Below are positions 44,255 to 56,671 of a DNA stretch of 64,000 nt, piece after piece. A program made the position numbers and the translations under genes. The notes under the pieces were generated by a model. The model was given only the letters and a program-made list of their open reading frames with translations, did no database searches and was not told where the DNA came from. The stretch is from Ostrea edulis (lineage: Eukaryota). The stretch spans positions 33,728,001-33,792,000 of the forward strand of contig NC_079171.1 of the NCBI RefSeq assembly GCF_947568905.1, written 5' to 3'. Every line of letters starts with the position of its first letter. Position 1 is the first letter of the stretch.

Positions 44255-44720
44255 GGTATATTTGCTGTTAACGGCGAAAAAGAATTACACCCATGGTCGG
44301 CACTTATGGTCTTTGAGAAGGGAGGGGTCTTTATCGTGCCACAAAAGGCTGTGACACAGGACATCGGTTTTAGTAGTTTCATCCGAAGGACCGCCCCATT
44401 CAGTTGCCTTTCAACATCCCCGGTCGTTATAACGATCTAGTTCAGCAATACAACCTATCATTGGATCAAATGCTATCCGACGTGTTTCATAACGACGGTT
44501 TACTCGTTCGTGGCACACTGATTTTGACTACGGATAACTCCATTGACTTGATCAACATCAAAATCTCCCGGCGGGTGTGACCGGTCGACAAGAAATACTT
44601 TCTCTTAAGCACCTGACCCCACTTCTGGTATATCCAGGGATCATTGTATACCAAACTCTCAAGTTTGTATTGCTTACAGAAAGTTATTAGATTGATAACT
44701 GTCTGTTGTGTTCACATTTT
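44255..44720 (+). mobile_element. SINE fragment (minus, 44255-44415) joined to a diverged Naiad-type PLE 3' end (plus, 44422-44720)
   Basis: Similarity to the in-window SINE and PLE copies. Confidence 0.65.
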
Positions 44721-47700
44721 ATATCTATGATTTTAACGCAAAGTGAGCTGCAGTCTTTTTAAACAACTTCTACACGAATAAAAAGGATATTAAAATTTAA
44801 AACATACTCTGCAATGCAATTCTTTTGTTATTAGAAGGGATAAAACTTATTTGGTTTTACTTTCAGAACTAACGTATATGTACGAAACAGTTTACGTGCA
44901 ATTTAATATAATAACATTTTAAAGCATAAAATTAAAACCAACAGTCCGAAACTAAGAAAATCCGAAATAGTTAAGTCATAATGTTCCTGCATAGTTTGAT
45001 TTTAACCATCAAGTTATGTTTTGAAAATAATTAAACCTTTGCTTTTAATCTTTAAAAAAAAACCACACACACACAACCGTGAGAAAATAACGAATGAAAT
45101 ATTACAGATAAGTGTTAGGGAGAAATATCCCACGGATGGCCCCCCTGCAGTCACGTAAGCCGCAGTAGTCTCAGATAAGGATTACAATGCGTTGGACGTT
45201 TACAAAATTGTACCATATTGAGTATGATTTTGGATTCACACGGCCACAAAATAGTTACAGACCTTGTTATTGAATATTGAAATGACATTTATTTCCTCTT
45301 GGTTGAGAACAATGCGATTGTAAATCTCGAGAAATATTTTAAAGGCTTGAGGTGGCAGGGGACAGTTTCTTTGGTTTTGAAACATGTGGATAGGGGGTAT
45401 ACACCAAAGTCAGATTATGACAGACTAATGAAAAATCATATTTCCCTTTTATGTCAATACTTGTATTTCATATTAATGTAGTTAATAAATTATGACCCTA
45501 AATTACATGTTATCTATAAATACTGGTGCTGATGCACAAGACGTGCCCTGAGCAGGTTCCCCTTTTTTGCTTTGATTTTCCCACATTTGGGCTAATCCGC
45601 ACCACCCCCACACCATCACAGTACCAAACATGGGGATTTAGACACTGCACCATCAAGAACCCTATCTGCCCTTCTCAAAAATCTACCTCTCATATGGGGC
45701 CATCCACATTCCCTCACAGCTACAGGACCTTTTGCTAGACCCTGCATGTTTTCACCGGAATTTCTTCAGCAATTGACCACGTGTCTTAGTTTCGTATTTG
45801 CACCCATCTATATGCTAGGAATCATGGTGACACCTACATGTTGTATATCAACATTTTTACTAAGCACTCAGCTACATTTGACATGCATCCTAAAATTATT
45901 GTATACATTTTTACACATGTTATATCCCTTCAAATACGGGGCAATTCCATTTTTTGAAAAAGTTGACCGGGCCTATATTGCGAAACTGTCCTCTGCTACC
46001 TGAATGTTTTGACAGAAATGAAAATGTAACCGGAGCTAATCTGTATCTACCTGCCAGGCAATCCTATATCATTTGTTTCAGAATATTAATCTCCAGGGGC
46101 CAATGACTTTAATATTAGAAGACAACAGTATAAATATGTAAGATTATCAATCCAATTCTTGCACCATGTCCTTTATTAGTTTAAACAATATTTACTCGTA
46201 AACAATTCGATAATGTTTACAAACAATGTCTTATACATGAAATAGATTGAGAAACAAGCCAAAAGGCTTATATTAATCTCGGTCTAAAATGTCTCTGTAT
46301 TGAAACCAGGCTTGGATGCCTTGAAAACAAACCCCCAAACTGAACTCTGACTTAACTGCAAGTTTCTTCCGAGAATTCCAGGCTAGAACTATTAGTGTAA
46401 GAGTAAATTATTTAACTGATCAAAAGTTAATGTAATCAATATAGGAATAACAACAGTATTTTTAGTAAAAAAAATAACAAGTGAAAATACTGGAAAAATA
46501 GCCCGAGTATTATTTAAGGGAAGATTGTGTAGCATCACCCGCCCGACCTCCGTTATTAATGTGAAATCCAAAAAAAACGTGATTCTCACATGTAAATTTC
46601 GAGCCTTCGCGAAGGAGCAATCACAACCTATTTTATTTCACGTCTTTAGCTTGATACGGTCATGGCATGAGCGGGTCTCAAACTCACGACATCCTGGTTA
46701 CGAAGAAAAAGTCCAACCAGAGCTACAGCGACCTGTCACGACATTGGTAGATGGATTGTACAACAATGTAATTGTTTGACGGTGAAATCACTTTGGTTAA
46801 TTTGAAGTATTGCTGACAAATGCTCTCTCTTTCTCTTGATTACTACAATACATAGCCTTCCGCAGATCAGCTAAACAGCACTTTGAACATCTGCCAAGGG
46901 ACCACCTTCCCAATATGTCAAGGTGAGATGAAAAACCCAAAAATGCTGGTAAGGTATTCTAGTTAAAATAACAACTGTTCACAATATTCCTTAATATTTC
47001 CTGTGGGCAAGTACAATCATTTGAAAGTTCTTTGTTTTGTTTTACAGAAAAGAATATTCCATAATGTAATACAACGCTAATTAATTATATCTTAAATATG
47101 ATAACATTAAAATTTAAGTTTTCATGATGATCTATTTGATAAAACTTGGATGTTTACAATGAATATAAAAACATACATACACAAGACGTAATAAATGCTA
47201 AACACGATGAAATAGTCATAAATCACAGAATGTGTGTTGTAAAAACACTTCAGTGAAACCAAATCCGAATTGGGTTTTACTGAATAAACGCACGGTGTCT
47301 ATTGGTGACGTCACATTTATAATGTCTATACGGGCAACTATTGTGTGTTTATTGATATAACTTGATGTATACAAATTGTCTCCAAATTCTGGTTCTAGAG
47401 AAGTAGGATGACTATCTACCCCCTTGTTAATTAATGGGAAAAGTCAATTAACAGAAGATACCGTGATAAAAATAGAGAAACCATTTGTAACGTTTAAAAT
47501 ACGACCCTCATTAAAGGTTGAATTATATATATGTTAACTGAGCATGAAAACTTTTGCGTCCTGTAAAGCCTGACAATGGTAAAAGATGTATCGGCAATAT
47601 AATACTTGACAATAACTTTAATATAAGGCAAATACATTCACAGGGACAGTATGTGTATTTTAACTGTTCGGCATAGTCACAATATTCCCACCTATCTAGT

Positions 47701-47761
47701 TGACGTGCTTCACATCGAAGCATTTCAACTCACTCGACGAGAAACTCGAGAGGATGTTAGA

Positions 47762-48066
47762 TTGATTGAATAGTTTCTTGTTTAACGTCCCTCTCGAGAG
47801 TATTTCATTCCTATGGAAACGTCACCATTGCTGGTGAAGGCCTGTGGAGGAAGGGATCTTTAAGGTGGCACGGGGCCTCGGTTTTAACGGTCTGATCCGA
47901 AGGACCGCCCCATTTAATCGCATTTTACGACAAGCAAAGGGTACTGAGGACCTATTGTAACTCGGTTTCCCACGGGAGGAGGATGTGCGAAGGACCGTTC
48001 CATTTAGTCGCCTCTTACCACAATCAAATGGTACTGAGGACCTATTCTAACCCGGATCCCCACGGG
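47762..48066 (-). mobile_element. SINE-like retroposon with internal ~75-bp duplication
   Basis: GATTGATTGA tail; GAAGGACCG..CATTTA.TCGC..GGTACTGAGGACCTATT occurs twice. Confidence 0.7.
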
Positions 48067-48427
48067 GTTCTAATTCAATGAAAATTGCCCCAACTTGTAT
48101 ATTGCACTAATAACTCCAGTAGTTAATGATGTTAAACATTTTGAACCCTCAAAACAGGCACATGAATGTCCGATTTTGGTGACTAAATAATAATTGTCTT
48201 GCAAGACAATAATTCTTCTTTATATATTGGTTATCTAACGTACTTTTAATGGGTTCTCCTCATTCATCAGACACATCACTTCATATCTCCAGAGGTCATA
48301 TGTTGAATCTGTTCCATCACCAGAAAAAGAGGAGATCCTCAAAGGTGGTTTCCATGGCGATGAATACTGGAATGCTGTCTGTGTCAGTGGTTCAAGCTTA
48401 GTTCTAGTCGGTGTTTTGGGGATAGCG

Positions 48428-48640
48428 CGTGGCACACTGATTTTGACTACGGATAACTCCATTGACTTGATCAAGATGTAGATCTCACGGTGGGTGTGAC
48501 CGGTCGACAAGAAATACTTTCTCTTACGAACACCTGACCCCACCTCTGGTATATCCAGGGATCATTGTATACCAAACTCTCAAGTTTGTATTGCTTACAG
48601 AAAGTTATTAGATGGATCACTGTTCGTTATGTTCACATTT
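48428..48640 (+). mobile_element. Diverged Naiad-type PLE 3' end (duplicate of 44509-44720)
   Basis: Shares diagnostic variants (GACAAGAAATACTTTCTC) and downstream flank with the 44.5 kb copy. Confidence 0.7.
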
Positions 48641-49209
48641 TATATCTATGATTTTAACGCAAAGTGAGCTGCAGTCTTTTTAAACAACTTCTACACGAAT
48701 AAAAAAAAAAGAATTGTTCGGTATAGTCACAATATCCCCACCTATCTAGATGACGTGCTTCACATCGAAGCATTTCAACTCACTTGACGAGAAACTCGAG
48801 AGGATGTTAGATAGATTGAATAGTGTCTTGTTTAACGTCCCTCTCGAGAGTATTTCACCTATTGTAACTCTGTTTCCCACGGGAGGAGGATGTTAGAAAT
48901 TAACTCTTAAATGGGTTCTGTTATCAAACAATAAAATAATTTATAACGGTCATTCATGCGCTAGTGTACTATTGCTTTTGTCTGTTTAGTCTGGTCCCCA
49001 CCCCCGCCACTCCTTGATCACTCGTTTTGGGGTCAGGTAACCGCCGTAGCCATTTCAAAATGGCGCCCTGCATAGTGGTCTACATGCAGGATTTTCGCAA
49101 CGGAAACGGTAAATCAATTTTGTTCGTTTAAATAGCGCAGTGAGTAAAACTGATGGTTAGGAAATGTTCATGGGGATTTTCTGCGTTGGTTTATTAGTTT
49201 AGAATGTTA

Positions 49210-49708
49210 TTATACCCCCTGCAACAAGTTGTGGGGGGGGGGGGGTATACTGGAATCGGGTTGTCCGTCTGTCTGTCCGTCCGTCCGTCTGTAGACGCAA
49301 TGGTTTCCGGACTCTAAAGCATTATCCTTTCCACCTACCGTCACCATATCATACATATGGACTACCCATGGGATGAAGATGTTCCCTATCGATTTTGAGG
49401 TCAAAGGTCAAGCGCACTGGACACCGAAGTAGCAATATGGTTTCCGGGCTCTAAAGCGTTATCCTTTCCACCTACAGTCACCATATCATACATATGGACT
49501 ACCCATGGGATGAAGATGTTCCCTATTGATTTTGGGGTCCAAAGGTCACGCGAACTGGACATCGAAGTAGCAATATGGTTCGGTTTGTCATGCCATTTGT
49601 TTTTTACACTCAGAAAAGAGGTAGTTTATACCTATTACCAACACCCTTTGGGATATTGGGGTAAGCGGGGGGTATTCTTAGTGAGCATTGCTCACAGTAC
49701 CTCTTGTT
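49210..49708 (-). mobile_element. HINE-like element, same family as 34977-35742, with fewer internal repeats
   Basis: Reverse-complement match of both ends and of the repeat unit. Confidence 0.8.
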
Positions 49709-49789
49709 ATTGGACTGGAAGCATTGTTTTTTTTCTCGAATTTTTAATCTTTAGTTTACATAGTTCCATTTTACATATAGGTTTGTAGA

Positions 49790-49887
49790 ATGCAAGGTGA
49801 AGATAACGAACAGTGATCAATCTCATAACTCCTATAAGCAATACAAAATAGATAGTTGGGCAAACACGGACCCTGGACACACCAGAG
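49790..49887 (-). mobile_element. Naiad-type PLE 3' tip
   Basis: ATGCAAGGTGAAGATAACGAACAG...ACACACCAGAG. Confidence 0.8.
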
Positions 49888-51212
49888 ATCGCCCCTCTCT
49901 ACTAGCAGTCTCCTCTTCCGTGGCCTCTCTGTTCTCCTACAACAAACACAATGCATTGTAATATAATGACTAAGATGATACTAAGAAATAATCAATGTCA
50001 TTTAGCAATGGGTTACTCACTGGATTTCTCTCGGGGAGGAACCTTCTTCCGACGGTCTTTGTGGCTCGGTCTCCTCGGTGACCCTAGGGTTGGCCCTCTC
50101 TACTAGTCGTCTCCTCTTCCGGGGCCTCTCTGTTCTCCTACAACAAACACAATGCATTTCAACTAAGATGATAATGAGGAATAATCAATGTCAATTAGCA
50201 GTGAGTGGGTTACTCACTGGACGTCTTCTTCGTCGGAGGAATCCTTGGTCAAAATTTCTGCCCTCCCAATCAGAGATCTCAGGGAATCTGCTTCTTGGAT
50301 TGCGTACATTCTCCGAAGATGGAGGCGCAGCCTCGCCACCGTCTTCCCGCAGGCATCTACAGGACACCTCCTGTAGATGTATCCTTGCTTGGAGGTTCTG
50401 TTCTTGGCAGGTTCCGTGTTGTGCATGGTCCTTAAGTGTCTTGACAAGAAGGTAACCTTCATCGTCGGAGTCGGAATATAGTAGTGGACTTTTTGCTCTG
50501 CAAACTTGAGTCTGTATGTTGTCTCACTTCCCATTGGCATTGGGGTGAGAGGCACCATGTGATGTGTCTCAGGGGTGAGGAGAATGGTTTGGGTAAGCCC
50601 TTCGTTGTCTTCTGTAATGTCTTCTTCCCTGTCATTCACTGCAAATGGATGGGTCCCCTCGCTGCTGCACTCAGGGTCTGGGTTGTTGTTTTCCTCAGAG
50701 GGATGCGTGGATGGGATCCGTTCCTCTTCTGAGGGAAGGGAGGTTATCTCTTCCGCTTGTTCGTCTTCCCAGTCCGGGTTAAGGCTAACCCTCCCTTGTG
50801 ATTGACATGGGACTCCAACTGCTATCCAGTCTTCTTGAAATACCCAGTCTATCTGACTTGTAGGGGCGGCAGGAGATGAGTCGACGCATCCCTCTTGTTG
50901 GAGAGGAAAGATGATCGAATCCTCTCCTGTTGGCGGCGAGGCGAAGCGTCCTTCTTGAACGGGAGGAGGGTCCGTAAGTTCCTCATCCGTTGACATGGGG
51001 CTGTCTTCCTCGGAGCTGTCTGATTCCCAATTCTCATCCGATGGATGGGAATCATCGAGTTGCTCACTGTCTTCATGCATTTGGAGACCCGGATCCTCCA
51101 ACTCGGAACTGTAACTCCTGGAAGGGAGTCCCTCATCCTCGGAGGGTGAGGGACTATAGTGCAGTGGCTGGTTTGGTTCCGCATCCGATTGGTTTCCTGA
51201 GTCACTCTCCAT
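49888..51212 (-). CDS. Spliced acidic protein with C2H2-like motifs and repeated NLS exons, 3' truncated
   Basis: Large exon 51212-50218 (D/E/S-rich, LSRHLRTMH, CPVDACGKTVARLRLHLRRM). Phase-2 introns 50217-50138 and 50020-49937 keep the frame (RTERPRKRR..). Cut by the PLE at 49887. Confidence 0.55.
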
Positions 51213-51414
51213 CTAGATGTAGGGTTAGGGTTATTTATAAACTAAAAATCTCTTGCCATTTACAGTCCCTGAAACGTTCTACTTTACCATTCTTCTGCAC
51301 ATTCACCGTGCGGTCACTATTCAAGTGGGAAAGTATAACGTTTCAGGGACTGTAATTAAAATTATAATTTGCGTAAGTCCTTATGAGCTGCGGTATTTTA
51401 AGTTCCCTATTATA

Positions 51415-51680
51415 CAGCACTAAAGTGCAACCTGTAGAACTAAAGTGTAACCTGCAGAACTACTATGTAACCTATATCATATAGCACTAAAGTGTAACCT
51501 GCAGAAATTATATATAACCTATATCATATAGCACTAGAGTGTAACCTGCAGAACTAAAATGTAACATGCAGAACTACTATATAACCTATATAATATAGCA
51601 CTAAAATGTAACCTGCAGAACTACTATGTAACCTATATTATATAGCACTAAAGTGTAACCTGCAGAACTAAAATGTACCT
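51415..51680. repeat. Tandem array of ~20/47-bp units (TAAAGTGTAACCTGCAGAAC / TACTATGTAACCTATATCATATAGCAC)
   Basis: Repeats directly visible upstream of the 51212 ORF. Confidence 0.85.
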
Positions 51681-53439
51681 TGGTGATTTGGAGTAACCAA
51701 AATTCCTAACCCTAACCCTGCGAGTAGGGGTAGGATTAAGTTTAATTGTAAGAGGGACGTTATAGATGTTCTCCAAACGTTCCCCCTTTAAATGTTGTGT
51801 CATTGAGGTTCTGCACAACCAATTACATTATCATTCACTAAGAGTTCACATTGTAAACCTACACCATAGAATCACGTTTTTTAGCCTTGGTATGTTACAT
51901 GTTGTATGGAGAGTGATCATTTCAGTACCCCAAAATGAAAGAAAACAATGCACGTACATACACGCACTTATAACTTATCACTTTTGTTGATGTCATTCAA
52001 CAGCCATTTGTATCATATACCTAAAGTACGAATTTCATAATCTTTGCATTAAATATAAGAAAATTATAGTCCTTTTAAAATCGTCCAATCAGAATTCAGC
52101 ACACATGCGTGCGCGTATGGAGCAGTACTTTCAACCACTGCATTAGGAAGGGAGTATTAAGACACCCCTAAATCCCCAAAGGCAGAAGAATACAATGGGA
52201 AACGAAAACGTTACGGTCCTTCAAGAGTTAAAAATTCAAAAGATAATACATGCGCGTGCGTATTGTCAATTTTGTTATACCATTCAAAATATATACATAT
52301 CATCTACCTATGCTGTGAATATGCACTCATTCGCTTCTTTCATTCAAGAGTTACTAATAGTTTAGCATTATCCAATGAAAATGAAACACACGTGCATGCG
52401 CGTGAGGATCGGCAATTTTGACCAAGCAGATTAGTTAAGGGTTCCATTATGTACTTACAATATAATTATCAAGCCATTTCGACAAACAACAAAAAAGATA
52501 TATTAATTACGAAGTAACTGTACCAAAAATGCAATGCACGTGCATGCGCATGCAGACAAAATTACAATCATTCTGCACATCTTCAAATGATATACTATCA
52601 TCCTATTGTGACTTTGCCATACATTCTGTCACTGCTCGATACCGACGCCATTTTTTAAAAATCTGACATTCTTACAGCTTATACTAAAGATTCAAGACCC
52701 TAAAAATTGATGAATCAAGCCATAGCATAATACTTAAGCAAATGTATGTACCGGTCCGGGTGTTTAGAAGTTTAAAAATATACAGTTATATTACTTAATT
52801 GATGTGCATTACATGACCAACGTAAATTATAAGTGTTAATTTTGCTACATGTATAATACTTCAACAATTATTATTTTGATGGTGGTGTAGCCAGGAGGGA
52901 TGGCAAGCAAAAGTGGCCAAAAGCGGAAGGATCATCCTACCTTAACAATTCATCGGTTCATGTAAGCTTTTATATTCTTACCATTTGCAATGTTGCTATA
53001 AGGGAAAAAAATGCATGGATCAGTAACACATTTCAATTACTAAAACTCATTCAAGCCTGAACAGCTCTGGTGAGCTTAACTCTTTACACACTGAGTAACG
53101 GTTATCTCCCCCATAGACTCAGGCACTAAATAATATTTCTAACAACTCGGTAAAGTAACACCATTTTTTTTTTAAAACCATTACTTTTTTATTTATTATT
53201 GTATTGTAATGAAACTTTGCACATTTGTTGAACATATAAATAAAATTATTTTGCACATATTTTCATGTGTTTGTTGTATTTTAATTACCTCAAAATCTAA
53301 GCGTCAACACAAATTATATGAAATTTTGAACAACTTTTTCACATCACTCTATACACTCACCAATCAACCTTCTAGTCAGAGTTTTTCACAGAGTTTATTT
53401 ATGTAACTCTTGAGAACACACTATTTTATAATTTTGGAG

Positions 53440-56439
53440 AGTATGGTAGCGTTCAAAACAAGGGTAAACACACAAAGAGATGTTGCATGAACGATAAAAA
53501 TGTTGTGTTTGGTGTCGTTTTTTCTTCTTCTCTACTTGACCTTCCTCCTCCAGGAGTGAAGTTGGGATTCAGAGAAGGAAAATGTCTCTCTGTGAGCCTT
53601 CTGGATGGATTGTTGATTGGACGAGCAAACTTTGTAACAGGATAAGAATAACCATCTAACAGTCCATGAATCAATGAAAGTCGGAACTTGTATAGCCTGT
53701 ACCTTTCATTTTGTCTAAAATGTCTCCATATTATCTTGGCATTACATACACTAACTTCAAGCAGATTGCAATTAGCTAGTTTTTCCCACCATTTTAACAT
53801 CTTGTGTTGAGATACACATGTTTACACTTGCTAATAAGCACTGTCAACTGTAACCGTATTATTTGTTTAAGACTTCTTCCAACAAAGTCTTAACCTGAAG
53901 ACTTATACTAACAAAGTCTTATTACTCAATTCGCGTTGGTTTCAAAGTTTATTTCTAACATAAACTCAGCAACATTCAAATACAATACCAGGTTCTATTC
54001 TCTTCTCTTTTTGACAAATTTACAAACGTATATATATATGAAATGGGTACGTGATTAACATTATTGACACTAATGCGCTATAATAAACGCAGCTGCAGTA
54101 GTGTACATTTTTGGTAACAAAACTGTCCCAACTGCCAATCATTTATGGGTGATGCAGGTACTGGAATAACAGTATCGCGAGTTTTACTCATAAAGGTCGT
54201 ACAAAACATGGTGACCTTTATGTATTTGTTTGCAATGTGGCTTACATAGTTTCATCAGCTAAAATGACTAAATATGATCAGTGCGATTCCACAGGCCTGC
54301 ATCACTCACATACATTGTAAATTTAATAATATAATTGGTAATTAAGGCTAATATAATCGATAAAGATAATGCAAGACTAATATAAGTGATAATACAATCA
54401 ATTCTTAAGGTCATCTGGTTACACAACACCTCCCATATACAGTAAAACTCTGATATAGCGAATTTATGGGGACCCTCCATAAAAATTCGCTATAAGCGTT
54501 ATTCGCTATACGTTTATAGCGAATTCATAATTCAAATATAACGAATTCGTTATAAAAACTTTTTTATTCAACATGTATACCAGTTATATAAGAAAGCAGC
54601 AATCGATATACTTGCGTTTGTATTGTCTTTAAGAGAAATGAAGCATATATATTTTCGAGAAGAAATATATTTAAACAAGAAATATACACATTGATTTATA
54701 TATGATAATTTATCTTGATAGATTATTAAGTCATGCAAGAACATGTCGAGAGAGAAATGTCAACAAAAGTTTGCGCAATACATACATGTACAGTCTATTG
54801 CAATTGTCATTTACTTGTTGCTTTACACAAATAAATGAGTGTACGATAAAGTATTGTTTTGCGTTAACAACCTTTCATGAAAAAATACAAACAGAAATGT
54901 CGGAATAAGTGTGGATCCTTTATGTCAATGGAAAACGATTGTTAAAAATCACAGAGTTGAAAATGAAAAATATAAATTCGTTATAAAAAGTCATTTTTAC
55001 GTTCAATTTTAATTCTAGGGGAATATGAATTTACTTCGTTATATCCGTAAATTCGCTATATCCGTGTTCGTTATAGACGCATATTTTTATATAGAATATA
55101 TAAAGAATTTGCCGGGAAATCGTTTTCACTTCGCTATATCCGTGTTCGCTATATTCGAGTTTTACTGTACATTGAATATAACTGAACTGCTTTCGGGTAA
55201 TACACTTCTCGATAATGATTCTCATGAAACCTGGACTTATAACCTTTGTGAAAGTTGACCCATTGTGTACTGTAGTAAGTAAATTTACAAGTCTTTTGTC
55301 ATTCCATGTAATATTCAATTTATGACCATCCCTGTTAACTTCAGGAAAATCACCTTTATTTGGTTTTACTGCTTTCACAGCCGCCGGAACGCCAACTCTA
55401 TTGACACGGAGTGTACCACATGAACCAGTCTGATTTTGATAAAGTTCAGTAACAAGAGCTGGACTAGTGAAATAATTGTCGAAGTATATACATTATGTCC
55501 TTTGTTCAATATTGGCCGACATAAATCCATGACAACACAATGAGTAACTCCCCTTCCCCCATCATCGGGAGGCATTTTGCCAGTAAACAAACTCCAGTTG
55601 AAAACATATCCTGTGTTTGACTCGGCCAAAGTCCAAACCTTTATTCCCTATTTATGGGGTTTTGAAGGAGTATACTGTAATAATTTAGTCCTTCCTTTAA
55701 ACGGAACAAGAGTCTCATCTACAGATAGTTCTCTAGCTGGAGCATAAAACCTCTGCCAACGTTCAATTAGTAGAGAATAGATTGTTCTGATTTTATAACC
55801 AGGATCATACTGTGGACTGTCACGAGGTGGTTCTAATGCATTACATGTATTAGCTGCATGAAAAAATGTTAAAATATTAAAAAATATATCCCTTTTCATA
55901 ATTGATTTAAATTCAGTCAAATTTATCAAACAATCGGTATTCCAAAACATTTCATAATTTTGCAATCTAACCATTCCCATTTAAATAAGTATTGCAATGA
56001 AAGCCTTCATTTCCGGTATATCAACATTTTTCCACAAACGTGCACGGGCCTTGGGTTTCAAAGTTTCAAGTCCACCTACTCTTGCTACGTAATTTTCAAA
56101 GTACCTATTAGTGTCATCTACTAATAAATTCAGGATATCGTTGTCAAAAAAATTGGAAAATATTTCAAATGGAGAGCTGTCTTCATCAATTTGACAGGGA
56201 CCGAAAGCGGAAGTAAAATTCATCAGCCAGTTACAATCGTAAGCCTCAAATTTTGGATCCATTTCTTGTGCTTCAATCTCGGCATTAATTTCAGCAGTGT
56301 CATTTTCGTCCAATTCAACCTCATTTAATTCGACATTATCTGATTCCAAGTCATTTAATACATCCACAAACCCATCAAAGTTTTCGTCCTCACTGTCCGA
56401 ATCACCAAACAACTCTCGAAATTCATCCTCGGCTGACAT
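53440..56439 (-). pseudogene. piggyBac transposase, multiple stops and frameshifts
   Basis: Acidic N-terminus, SPFEIFSNFF, EMKAFIAIL, LSVDETLVPFKGR..QY.PSKPHK, HNVYT(D), WNDKR.V.LLTT.H, LYSMY|MGGV, KWW.K and a C-terminal Cys-rich domain. Confidence 0.88.
54440..55167. mobile_element. Tc1/mariner (pogo-like) MITE with TA target duplication
   Basis: TA|CAGTAAAACTC ... GAGTTTTACTG|TA; internal repeated TTCGCTATA motifs. Confidence 0.85.
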
Positions 56440-56671
56440 CTCCGAAAAAAATTGAAATAAACAAACAAAAACTATCTATACGTGTTACCCGCGATTATGG
56501 TATAAAACCCGGATGTTATCATGACCTCTCGTATGCAAATGAGACCATATTTATGCATGGATCATGTTTACAAATGGAGTATTATTGTACGGCGGTCACA
56601 ACCGCCGGCAGTGTTCCTTGGTTTGGAAACTTCCAGGCGGGAATTCCCGCCAGCTGCGTGCAAAGAGTTAA

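Larger units (their letters stand above)
53080..56667 (-). mobile_element. piggyBac transposon with both ends
   Basis: TTAA at 53076-53079 and 56668-56671 flank imperfect TIRs CTCTTTACACAC / CTCTTTGCACGC; transposase remnants inside. Confidence 0.85.

Noticed and set aside
51222-51720. Telomeric TTAGGG/CCCTAA array
   Set aside because: Only one or two units at each spot; not an interstitial telomere.
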